Positions 38,261-45,592 of a stretch of 45,592 bases of DNA are shown here, piece by piece (within the stretch, counting starts at the first letter, position 1; the number at the start of each line of letters is the position of its first letter). The DNA is taken from IMG/VR virus record IMGVR_UViG_3300032218_001995, positions 1 to 45,592 of that record; one strand, given 5' to 3'. The position numbers and the translations under genes are program-made. The DNA is from a virus. Taxonomy: Duplodnaviria > Caudoviricetes. Under the pieces are notes generated by a model, which was not told where the DNA came from, searched no databases, and saw only the letters and a list, made by a program, of their open reading frames with translations.

Positions 38261-39277
38261 TTACGAACTGAATGATGTACCAGCCAAATAACTTCTAGCA
38301 GTGCCAGCACCAGTTGTATCCGAACTAATAACACCAGTGGCCGAAACTAGATTGGTCATATTAAGAAACGATCCATTCTGACCATATGCAAATACTGCTC
38401 TATCACCGGCATAACCTGCGGCCGCCAAGCCTTCTCTAGTTGTACCAACACCAGTAACATCAGAGGCGACAACGCCGGTGTTAGATACTAGATTGGACAT
38501 ATTACAATATGTGTAAGAATAAAGAAGGTTGACTACACCATATGCAAATATAGCTTTGTCTCCACCATAACTAGCGGCCGCCAAACCGGATCTGGCAGTA
38601 CCAACACCACCTGTGTCTGAAGCGACAACACCTGTATTAGATACTTTATTGGATGCACTTACCGGTGTCTGTCCAAAAGGTTCTGTGGGGTCCGAGTCAA
38701 AATATCCATATCCGAAAATAGCTTTATCGCCACCATAACTTGCGGCAGCCAAGCCCCATCTAGCAGTACCAACACCAGTAACATCAGAACCAAGTACACC
38801 AACATTCGACACTAGGTTTGTTTTTGAAATTTCTGAACCTCCATTAAATCCATATCCAAAAATAGCTTTGTCTGTACCATAACTTGCACCAGCATTATAC
38901 ACACTACCAATATACGCATTCATTATGTGTGATGCGACAACACCAGTGTTTGATATTAAATTAGTATATGAAGAATAAGCATTTGGATAGTCGGCAGTGT
39001 CACCATATCCAAAGCCTAATATAGCTTTATCAATACCATAACTAGCACCAGAAAGACCCATTCTTTCACCATTAAAATCACCAGAATTAAAGCTATCAGA
39101 TGCAATAACTCCAGTATTGCTTATTAGATTCACGATTGATGATCCACCACCAAGTCCAACGTTTGTTCCACCATACGCAAACATACCACGTTGTGCCCAT
39201 TTCCCGGACGTTCTTTCTGTTCCTATAACTGTGGTATTTGGATACCTTATAGCAGTGCCTACTACATATGCTGTCAT
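38261..39277 (-). CDS. Repeat (beta-propeller-like) protein, paralogue 2
   Basis: Same repeat, about six copies. Confidence 0.8.
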   Translation of the reverse strand: MTAYVVGTAIRYPNTTVIGTERTSGKWAQRGMFAYGGTNVGLGGGSSIVNLISNTGVIASDSFNSGDFNGERMGLSGASYGIDKAILGFGYGDTADYPNAYSSYTNLISNTGVVASHIMNAYIGSVYNAGASYGTDKAIFGYGFNGGSEISKTNLVSNVGVLGSDVTGVGTARWGLAAASYGGDKAIFGYGYFDSDPTEPFGQTPVSASNKVSNTGVVASDTGGVGTARSGLAAASYGGDKAIFAYGVVNLLYSYTYCNMSNLVSNTGVVASDVTGVGTTREGLAAAGYAGDRAVFAYGQNGSFLNMTNLVSATGVISSDTTGAGTARSYLAGTSFSS

Positions 39278-39290
39278 TTATTTTTTCCTA

Positions 39291-40256
39291 TTATGAACTA
39301 TATGATGCGGCAGCCAAATAATATCTAGATGTACCTATACCAGTAACATCAGAAGATACAATACCATCATTCGACACCAAATTTGTTATGTTAGTGTAGC
39401 TACCGAAACCCGTGGCACCATAAGCAAAAATTGCTTTATCTCCACCATAACCTGCGGCCGCCAAACCAGTTCTTGAGGTTCCAACACCAGTAACATCCGA
39501 AGCAACAACACCAGCATTAGAAACCAAATTTTTTATATTTGTAAAAGAACCACTCGCATTACCATAACCAAAAATTGCTTTATCTCCACCATAACCTGCG
39601 GCTCCAAGACCATTTCTAGCAGTTCCAACACCCGTAACATCGGAAGCAACAACACCAGTATTAGAGACCAAATTTGTTACTGAATAAAATGGTGTAGTCA
39701 TAGTTGAACCATATCCAAAAATAGCTTTGTCCGTACCATAAGTGGTAGCCGCCAGCAATATTCTAGCAGTGCCAACACCAGTAACATCAGAAGCGACAGT
39801 ACCTGTATTGGAGACCAAATTTGTCATCGAATAAAGAGCCGCATAGGTTCCTATACCACTTGAACCATATCCAAAAATAGCTTTATCACCACCGTAACCT
39901 GCGGCCGCCAAAAAAACTCTTGCGGTTCCAACGCCACCTGTGTCTGTAGTAGGCACACCAAGATTCGATACTAAATTAGTTTGATTATATAAAATATCAT
40001 AGCTTAATTTATAACCATATCCAAAAATGGCTTTATCACCACCATATCCTGCGGCCGCAAGGCCATATCTGCCAGAACCATAGCCTCCCACATCAGTAGA
40101 CATATTGCCATAATTGCTGACCAAATTTAAATTATAATAATCTGTTGCCGCATAACCATATGCAAAAATGGCCCTCACCGGAGATTTTAGTGATGTTTCG
40201 GTTGTATTATCCGCATAAGTGATTCCGGTTGTGCCACCGCCAAGCGTTGTTGCCAT
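39291..40256 (-). CDS. Repeat (beta-propeller-like) protein, paralogue 1
   Basis: Same repeat, about six copies; N-terminal GITYADNTT segment. Confidence 0.8.
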   Translation of the reverse strand: MATTLGGGTTGITYADNTTETSLKSPVRAIFAYGYAATDYYNLNLVSNYGNMSTDVGGYGSGRYGLAAAGYGGDKAIFGYGYKLSYDILYNQTNLVSNLGVPTTDTGGVGTARVFLAAAGYGGDKAIFGYGSSGIGTYAALYSMTNLVSNTGTVASDVTGVGTARILLAATTYGTDKAIFGYGSTMTTPFYSVTNLVSNTGVVASDVTGVGTARNGLGAAGYGGDKAIFGYGNASGSFTNIKNLVSNAGVVASDVTGVGTSRTGLAAAGYGGDKAIFAYGATGFGSYTNITNLVSNDGIVSSDVTGIGTSRYYLAAASYSS

Positions 40257-40260
40257 TTTT

Positions 40261-40923
40261 TTATCTTATTGAGTTATGGTAGAATTCGATATGCTCGATT
40301 AAAGTATTTATGTGATTCTCCACCTTCTCAACAAATATGAGTGGCTTCTCATTCTCCACAGCCATAACGATAACAATCTGGTCAATAGGAACACCAACAT
40401 GTTCTTCATACATACCAGAATATGCAGTACATTGTGCAAAATAATCTTGAATATCTTCAGATTTTTTGATTTTTTTGGAAGTTTTGAAGTCAATAACCGA
40501 CAACACACCATCCCATTCAGCAATCAGGTCAACACGACCTGCCATCCCAATACGTTCAGACCAAAGTGATTGTTCAATATAATGTATGTTATTGATTTTT
40601 TGAAGTTCAGGTATGAGTGTACGAAACATCTCGACAGCATCTGGCATTTCACGCACCCAATCGATACGTTCATTTTTTAGATATCGTTCAGCAAGGTCAT
40701 GCACACGATTTCCACGGCCTGTAGCAAGTTTAGAAATCCGGTTGGCTTCTACTTCACCAACCCGATTTCTCCATTCCATAATTGCCTGCTTTTTCATTGC
40801 ACCAACAACGGTCGTAACTGATGGTAAACGCTTACCGCTCGGTGAGGTGTAATAACGTTTACCGTCAGAATATGTTTCCGATTTTAGGTCAGGAAGGACC
40901 ATTGGTGGGCAATGTATAAACAT
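40261..40923 (-). CDS. PD-(D/E)XK exonuclease (Cas4/RecB-like, typical phoH neighbour in T4-like phages)
   Basis: RYY..P.G..LPSVTTV, RG..VH, AGRVDLIAE..G.LSVIDFKTS, YFAQ..AY. Confidence 0.88.
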   Translation of the reverse strand: MFIHCPPMVLPDLKSETYSDGKRYYTSPSGKRLPSVTTVVGAMKKQAIMEWRNRVGEVEANRISKLATGRGNRVHDLAERYLKNERIDWVREMPDAVEMFRTLIPELQKINNIHYIEQSLWSERIGMAGRVDLIAEWDGVLSVIDFKTSKKIKKSEDIQDYFAQCTAYSGMYEEHVGVPIDQIVIVMAVENEKPLIFVEKVENHINTLIEHIEFYHNSIR

Positions 40924-41171
40924 TATTCTAATTCAACTTTCTCTTGTTTGAAACGTTTCTCTTGAATCGTTTCTTCTTTCCATATTTTTCGTGGATTTCC
41001 ACACATAATGCAACCAGGTCTACCACAATCCAATGCATGGTGCTTGGCCAGTTTGTGTGGTTCCTTCACCTCAACGCCATGAGACTTTGCAATCTTCACT
41101 TGTTTCTTGATAGCAGTTTCATCATCATGGATACGTTTGCTATGTTTGATTTTATCATATTCTGTACTCAT
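40923..41171 (-). CDS. Small hypothetical protein with a putative Zn-binding motif
   Basis: HH..DCGRPGCIMCGNPRK. Confidence 0.7.
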   Translation of the reverse strand: MSTEYDKIKHSKRIHDDETAIKKQVKIAKSHGVEVKEPHKLAKHHALDCGRPGCIMCGNPRKIWKEETIQEKRFKQEKVELE

Positions 41172-41941
41172 TCTGCATCCTCATATTTAAGTTTGGCGAT
41201 AATGTAATCCTTTACCAAGGAACTACGAACGATATCATCTACAGTGAATTCAATCTTTGTGAATGCGTTCATGTGATATGCAACATCAAAGAATTTAAGA
41301 ATACCTGATACATCATTCTTTTTCTTATTCAAATCTGTTTGGCGGTAATCACCACACCAAATAATCTTTGAACGATAACCAACACGTGTCATTACAGTAT
41401 CAATCTCCTCAAATGTCATGTTTTGCATTTCATCAACAATAATGATTGCATCATCAAATGACATACCACGAATAAATGATGTGGAGATGAATTCAACAAA
41501 ACCTTGTTCAGTCAATCTTTGATATGCATCTTTTCTTCCAAAAAGTGTGTCTGCAATTTGAACATAAGGTTGTTGATAAATTTCCATCTTCTCTGTTACA
41601 TCTCCAGGTAAATGTCCAATTTCCCTGGATTGTACCGCTGAACGTACAATGATAACTTTCTTAAATGGATTATTTTTATCGAGAACTTCTTCTAGTGCCT
41701 TATATAATGCACAAAAAGTTTTACCTGTACCTGCTACACCATGAAGTGCTAAGAAATAGTCTCCTCTTTTGTATGCATCAAAGAATAATCTTTGATTCTC
41801 TGTTAATGGCTCAAACGTTTTTAGATGGTCTAGTTTTATTTTTAATGTGTTGTTTACTATTGCAGGTTGATGCGTATGTGTATATTCATCCATACTAATA
41901 ACATCATTCCTTTTTTGGACTGGAGATTTTCTACTGGCCAT
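41168..41941 (-). CDS. phoH: PhoH-family ATPase
   Basis: PLTENQ, GVAGTGKT, RSAV..REIGHLPG, FIRGMSF, IVDEMQN, GDYRQTDL, DIVRS. Confidence 0.95.
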   Translation of the reverse strand: MASRKSPVQKRNDVISMDEYTHTHQPAIVNNTLKIKLDHLKTFEPLTENQRLFFDAYKRGDYFLALHGVAGTGKTFCALYKALEEVLDKNNPFKKVIIVRSAVQSREIGHLPGDVTEKMEIYQQPYVQIADTLFGRKDAYQRLTEQGFVEFISTSFIRGMSFDDAIIIVDEMQNMTFEEIDTVMTRVGYRSKIIWCGDYRQTDLNKKKNDVSGILKFFDVAYHMNAFTKIEFTVDDIVRSSLVKDYIIAKLKYEDAE

Positions 41942-41964
41942 TAATGCCCCTTATTGTTAGTTGA

Positions 41965-42246
41965 TTACCATTCCCTGCCCATTTTCGTTTTGTGAGTTTT
42001 CGCTAACGTATTTCCTGGGACAGTATCCTTGATGCGTTGAATAACCCCTTTCTCGAATGCTGAATCGTAAGACTTGGTCCCTGGAACGCTCATACGAGCC
42101 GCATCCGAGAACCTAGGCAAATCTTCTGGAGCAAAATATCGTTCCAGATGTGTGTTATCTTCTTTGAATTTATCATACTCAGAGAGTTTCAGAACGTGTT
42201 CTTCAATTTCTCCGGTGTTTTGATTTTTGAATGTGTAAGTAGGCAT
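41965..42246 (-). CDS. FmdB-like small protein (Cys ligands absent)
   Basis: MPTYTF start; usual position upstream of phoH. Confidence 0.6.
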   Translation of the reverse strand: MPTYTFKNQNTGEIEEHVLKLSEYDKFKEDNTHLERYFAPEDLPRFSDAARMSVPGTKSYDSAFEKGVIQRIKDTVPGNTLAKTHKTKMGREW

Positions 42247-42827
42247 TATAAATTAAATACGATTGAAATTCTTGCATCAGTTGATTGGTTCGGCATCACT
42301 TCGTGATAAAGCCATGCAGGCCACATCACCAGTAAACCTGGATATGGTTTGTAATCAAAGTGTTTGTATGCATACCAGTTTGTTGGATCTTTTACATGAA
42401 ACATGTAATCAAAAAAATCTCTGAATGGTTGATTCGGTGAGAACCGAATATCAGAAGAACCTGGTGGAGTTTGTAGGTAGAAAATACCTGAAATAGAACA
42501 CTGTGAATGTACATGCTTCGGATGTGCAGAGCCTTCTTTGAAATAATTCAAAAAGAAGTATGGATTAAACCTAACTGGATTTGGATCGTATCCTTGGATT
42601 TCAAGGAACTCACGACCTTTGTTCATAATGAATGAACAGAACTCGGCATAATCTGGATGTGTAGGTAAATCCAGATTCATATTGTGCGTAGTCTTACCAT
42701 TCGCATAAAAATCTGGATTAGATGGTTGTGTCTCGAAATAGTTTTTGACTCTAGGTAAGAGTACATCAACCCACTCAGGATGTTCTTCACGTGCAACAAC
42801 TGATGGGAAAAAATTATCAAGTATCAT
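42246..42827 (-). CDS. 2OG-Fe(II) oxygenase-like protein (TIGR02466-type)
   Basis: H..HVH...ISGIFYL...G.LVMWPAWLYHEV.PN....RISIVFN; start reassigned to ATG 42827. Confidence 0.85.
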   Translation of the reverse strand: MILDNFFPSVVAREEHPEWVDVLLPRVKNYFETQPSNPDFYANGKTTHNMNLDLPTHPDYAEFCSFIMNKGREFLEIQGYDPNPVRFNPYFFLNYFKEGSAHPKHVHSQCSISGIFYLQTPPGSSDIRFSPNQPFRDFFDYMFHVKDPTNWYAYKHFDYKPYPGLLVMWPAWLYHEVMPNQSTDARISIVFNL

Positions 42828-43086
42828 ATGGTAAAAATACCTCAAGTTTCTTAAGTTTAGCATCAATAGCAACTTCTAAATCGCTCTCAGTAATATTTAT
42901 GTCCGTTTCACTCATCAGAACTTTGATAATTGCTAAAACATCACCAATTTCTGTGATAAGTGCTTGTCTATTCGTAACGCCTTGCCATTCACCTTCCATA
43001 CCAAAACGATTGATTTTAGATACGGCTTGAATGACTTCAGCACATTCTTCTTGTAGGACAGCCATTACTGTTTGTGTATTTCTCAT
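42817..43086 (-). CDS. MazG-like nucleotide pyrophosphohydrolase
   Basis: LQEECAEVIQAVSK...LITEIGDVLA (EExxE...ExxD). Confidence 0.75.
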   Translation of the reverse strand: MRNTQTVMAVLQEECAEVIQAVSKINRFGMEGEWQGVTNRQALITEIGDVLAIIKVLMSETDINITESDLEVAIDAKLKKLEVFLPYDT

Positions 43087-43271
43087 TTCTTACTTTCTTT
43101 CCAAAGTTGGATTGCCGCTTTCAGTTCATCCATTTGGTTCAACCGAATATCATCCATAATATTCATACCTATAAATTCAGAATTCATATTCCGTTTTGTC
43201 ATTTCCCATAGTTTATCGTGGTGTTTCTGTAACACATCAATCACCACATCATATTCAGGTTCATCATTCAT
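43083..43271 (-). CDS. Hypothetical protein
   Basis: Likely start ATG 43271 overlapping the upstream TGA (ATGA). Confidence 0.6.
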   Translation of the reverse strand: MNDEPEYDVVIDVLQKHHDKLWEMTKRNMNSEFIGMNIMDDIRLNQMDELKAAIQLWKESKK

Positions 43272-43843
43272 ACAGAATACCAGCTTGGTGTTGGACGTGA
43301 ATTCACTTTGCCTTGCCATGTGGCAAAGGCACGTTTAGACACGTTGTAGTAGTTGTGATAAGATTTGAGTGAATCGTATTTGCGACCAGGTTGTGGAGTT
43401 TCAGCCAAAACTTTTACTTCTGGTGGCATAGCAGGTGTTGGTGCAAAGAAATCACCGACTGCAATTTTATTTGGGGGGAAACGTAACGCATCTTTGAGCC
43501 TTGCACATGCATGTACTTTACCGTAACGATATGTGTATTCTTCTAGCAAGTGTAGCCACATGCGATAGAGCCACATATAGTTGGCTTGATTTTCACGGCA
43601 CCAGATAGCCGAAGGATGATTAATGTGTGATGCCTTCATTAGAGACTGTTCACGTTCATCATCAAGGCGCCAACGTTTGATGCGGCGGCCATTTGCAGTG
43701 AGGTCGGTGTATTCTGTGCCGTCAATCACACGGTGTGCGGTAGACATGAGTTGTGCATACTCAATAATCATTTTAACAACGTGTTTTGAAACGTGCATTT
43801 CAGCACAAGTTTTTGGATGTGGATCAAGATAGAAGATGTTCAT
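43268..43843 (-). CDS. Pyrimidine-dimer DNA glycosylase/endonuclease V-like protein
   Basis: MNIFYLD...CA..H..KHVVKM..E.AQL.STAH; HINHPS..W; EY.YRYGK.H; AMP; Y..YY. Confidence 0.75.
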   Translation of the reverse strand: MNIFYLDPHPKTCAEMHVSKHVVKMIIEYAQLMSTAHRVIDGTEYTDLTANGRRIKRWRLDDEREQSLMKASHINHPSAIWCRENQANYMWLYRMWLHLLEEYTYRYGKVHACARLKDALRFPPNKIAVGDFFAPTPAMPPEVKVLAETPQPGRKYDSLKSYHNYYNVSKRAFATWQGKVNSRPTPSWYSV

Positions 43844-43847
43844 GTGT

Positions 43848-44030
43848 TCACCAGTGGCGAATTACGCCTGCAATAATAAAACAATTTGTAACAATATAGA
43901 ATAATACTATAAGAGTGCGTATGATGGCAACCTTATCTGCGAACCTATCGTTTGCATGGGCTTTATCACCAAGTGCTTTAGCCCAAATATTCCACCAATA
44001 TTTCAGGTATTGATTAAGTTTGTACCTCAT
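43848..44030 (-). CDS. Small membrane protein
   Basis: W.IWAKALG.K...AD.VA.IRT + TM helix + IRHW. Confidence 0.7.
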   Translation of the reverse strand: MRYKLNQYLKYWWNIWAKALGDKAHANDRFADKVAIIRTLIVLFYIVTNCFIIAGVIRHW

Positions 44031-44826
44031 CTACAATGTATCCTTTTTCTTTAAGGTTCTCAATATCCATTTCAAAATATGGATACAATATTGTAGCAGG
44101 AATCACAGGTGTTGTCAATACCATTTCTTGAATATTATCAGGCCATCTCCCTTCCATTTCGGTATATCTCCATTTGTATAGAAAATTAGCCCATGAAAGT
44201 CCTCTAAATTTGTGTGACCGATTCTGTTCTTCATAACGTTCAGATTGTGGCTCCGGACGTTTAGCAAGATGAAGCGTTGGTTCCCATACACGGCCGTGTG
44301 CAGAGTCATTGATTGTGGATTTTTCTGGTAAGTATTTGATTGCTCTTAGGAAATAATCACCTTCACCAAAGCCATAATGAAATCTTTCATCCCACATACC
44401 AATCTTCTTTACTGCATTTGGTTTGTATGCACACACCATATCACCGGCATCATCGGCATAAAAATCAAAATCTTTCATCACCTTCAACAATTGTGGAATC
44501 CAATCATAATTCCAAACTGTATCATCTTGTGCAGTTACAACAATATCAGCATCAGGCTCATTTAGATTTTTAAATCCATGAATGAGTGCCATGTTCCACA
44601 TACGTGCAAGCATTGCTGTTGCAAAGTCTGGAGTTCCACGATTGTGTATCACGTTTACATGATTTTCGAATCGTGGATCAATTTTGAAATTGGTGTGATT
44701 GTTGATGACGTTAACGTGAATATCAACACCATCTGGAACGTGATTGAAACCTTCAAAGAGTGTGTGAAGGTTAATTTCCAATGCTAATGGATCCTGCCAC
44801 GTTACAATGAAGATTTTAATTTTCAT
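44014..44826 (-). CDS. Glycosyltransferase, GT-A (family 2-like)
   Basis: IFIVTW, VINN, ARMWN, VTAQDD, IGMWDERF..GFGEGDYFLR. Confidence 0.75.
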   Translation of the reverse strand: MKIKIFIVTWQDPLALEINLHTLFEGFNHVPDGVDIHVNVINNHTNFKIDPRFENHVNVIHNRGTPDFATAMLARMWNMALIHGFKNLNEPDADIVVTAQDDTVWNYDWIPQLLKVMKDFDFYADDAGDMVCAYKPNAVKKIGMWDERFHYGFGEGDYFLRAIKYLPEKSTINDSAHGRVWEPTLHLAKRPEPQSERYEEQNRSHKFRGLSWANFLYKWRYTEMEGRWPDNIQEMVLTTPVIPATILYPYFEMDIENLKEKGYIVDEVQT

Positions 44827-45110
44827 AGAACCATTCTAATCAAACCAACCGAATCAATTGTCACAAGTAACAAGTAGTTAGCCAGCATCCCAAAAGATTT
44901 CCGAGTAAAAGCAGCCCAAGCATAGAGAGAGCAACCGAGGATCCAAACAGGGTAAAGAGTAAGTAGGGGCGGATTCGGGACTGTGAGAGCCATGGTAATG
45001 CTACAGCCAATTGAAATGCCCCAAGCAAGCAACTCAATGAAAAAACGAAAGCGATTAGAACGGTAATCATTTTTGATCCAATCAAAGACACCAGCTAGAA
45101 TATCATTCAT
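44823..45110 (-). CDS. Small multi-TM membrane protein
   Basis: Three hydrophobic segments in 95 aa. Confidence 0.75.
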   Translation of the reverse strand: MNDILAGVFDWIKNDYRSNRFRFFIELLAWGISIGCSITMALTVPNPPLLTLYPVWILGCSLYAWAAFTRKSFGMLANYLLLVTIDSVGLIRMVL

Positions 45111-45424
45111 TACACACCAAATTTAGGAATGTCAAATTCGACACCCTTACCTTCTTCTTGTGTTTTGATTGTTGGTGTTTCCTTTTTTGCTTTAGGGAAA
45201 CGTTTTGCGATATCATCAGCAGTCACGGTTTGCATTGCAAATTGCAAGAATTGTGTGTAGCTGTCTGATACTGTCATGGTACGTGGACCACCAGCTTCTT
45301 GTGCAGAGAAATACAGAACACAACCACCAGCAACGAGTGGTGCAATCTCAATAATATTGTCAAGATTGACAATCAGTTTGCAGTTCTTAGGTGCAATGGA
45401 ATTAACTTCAACGAATGTAGACAT
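45110..45424 (-). CDS. Hypothetical protein
   Basis: 104 aa with GAGG RBS. Confidence 0.7.
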   Translation of the reverse strand: MSTFVEVNSIAPKNCKLIVNLDNIIEIAPLVAGGCVLYFSAQEAGGPRTMTVSDSYTQFLQFAMQTVTADDIAKRFPKAKKETPTIKTQEEGKGVEFDIPKFGV

Positions 45425-45433
45425 AATAACCTC

Positions 45434-45571
45434 TCAGTAAAAAAAATATAAACCAATCAACATCATAAAGCAAAAAACGCCAAATGTCAAGGCGTAAAGC
45501 CTCTTTTTTCGGCGTTCTTCGATTTCTTGATATATCTTTACCTGTTCCAGGAATAATTCAAAATTGTCCAT
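45434..45571 (-). CDS. 45-aa C-terminal TM protein
   Basis: Below the ORF-track cutoff: MDNFELFLEQVKIYQEIEERRKKRLYALTFGVFCFMMLIGLYFFY*. Confidence 0.5.
   Translation of the reverse strand: MDNFELFLEQVKIYQEIEERRKKRLYALTFGVFCFMMLIGLYFFY
45462..45490 (-). promoter_or_regulatory. Sigma70-type early promoter
   Basis: TTGACA (45490-45485), 17 nt, TATGAT (45467-45462), upstream of the ATG at 45424. Confidence 0.75.
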
Positions 45572-45592
45572 AATAAAACTAGAATTGTTTAA

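Noticed and set aside
37287-40256. Diversity-generating retroelement or CRISPR-like array
   Set aside because: No reverse transcriptase or non-coding template repeat in the window, and the differences are not adenine-restricted and include indels. The repeats are degenerate at third positions and stay in frame, as coding repeats do.
40261-40923. Cas4 / CRISPR system
   Set aside because: No array or other cas genes; it is the usual phoH-linked phage exonuclease.
42246-42827. 2OG oxygenase as a collagen prolyl hydroxylase
   Set aside because: The fibre has Pro in the X rather than the Y position, and the gene sits in an early cluster; there is no sequence support.
1-45592. Alternative genetic code (stop codon reassignment)
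   Set aside because: Core genes are full length in the standard code and all three stops are used; the only in-frame split seen is in gp5.

Overview
Segment of a large AT-rich T4-like (gp32/gp33/gp59-encoding) myovirus genome, probably an aquatic phage of a Gram-negative host. The tmRNA tag resembles betaproteobacterial tags, so a betaproteobacterial host is plausible but inferred. 1-24.3 kb (minus strand) is the tail fibre/baseplate module: a collagen-repeat fibre, a VrlC/DUF4815-like protein, gp8, gp7, gp6, gp25, a split gp5, a hub protein, gp53 and gp48. 24.3-32.1 kb (plus strand) holds gp4, a GT4-FkbM fusion, gp2, gp54-like, gp26, gp51-like and two paralogous tape-measure-like proteins, one with a GH19 domain. 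32.1-45.6 kb (minus strand) holds gp32, a HAD hydrolase, gp59, gp33, a SleB-like hydrolase, a beta-barrel OMP, a tmRNA, a propeller-repeat cassette, an exonuclease, phoH and small accessory genes. The most notable signals are: (1) a circularly permuted, two-piece tmRNA gene with a near-consensus sigma70 promoter; (2) three tandem propeller-repeat genes with a constant framework and hypervariable Tyr/Ser/Gly loops, followed by two partner genes; (3) a candidate -1 frameshift (T TTT TTC) fusing gp26 to gp51 just ahead of the tape measure, as in lambda G/GT; (4) a split, lysozyme-less gp5 with an HxH tip. All family calls come from motif recognition and synteny; no searches were run.
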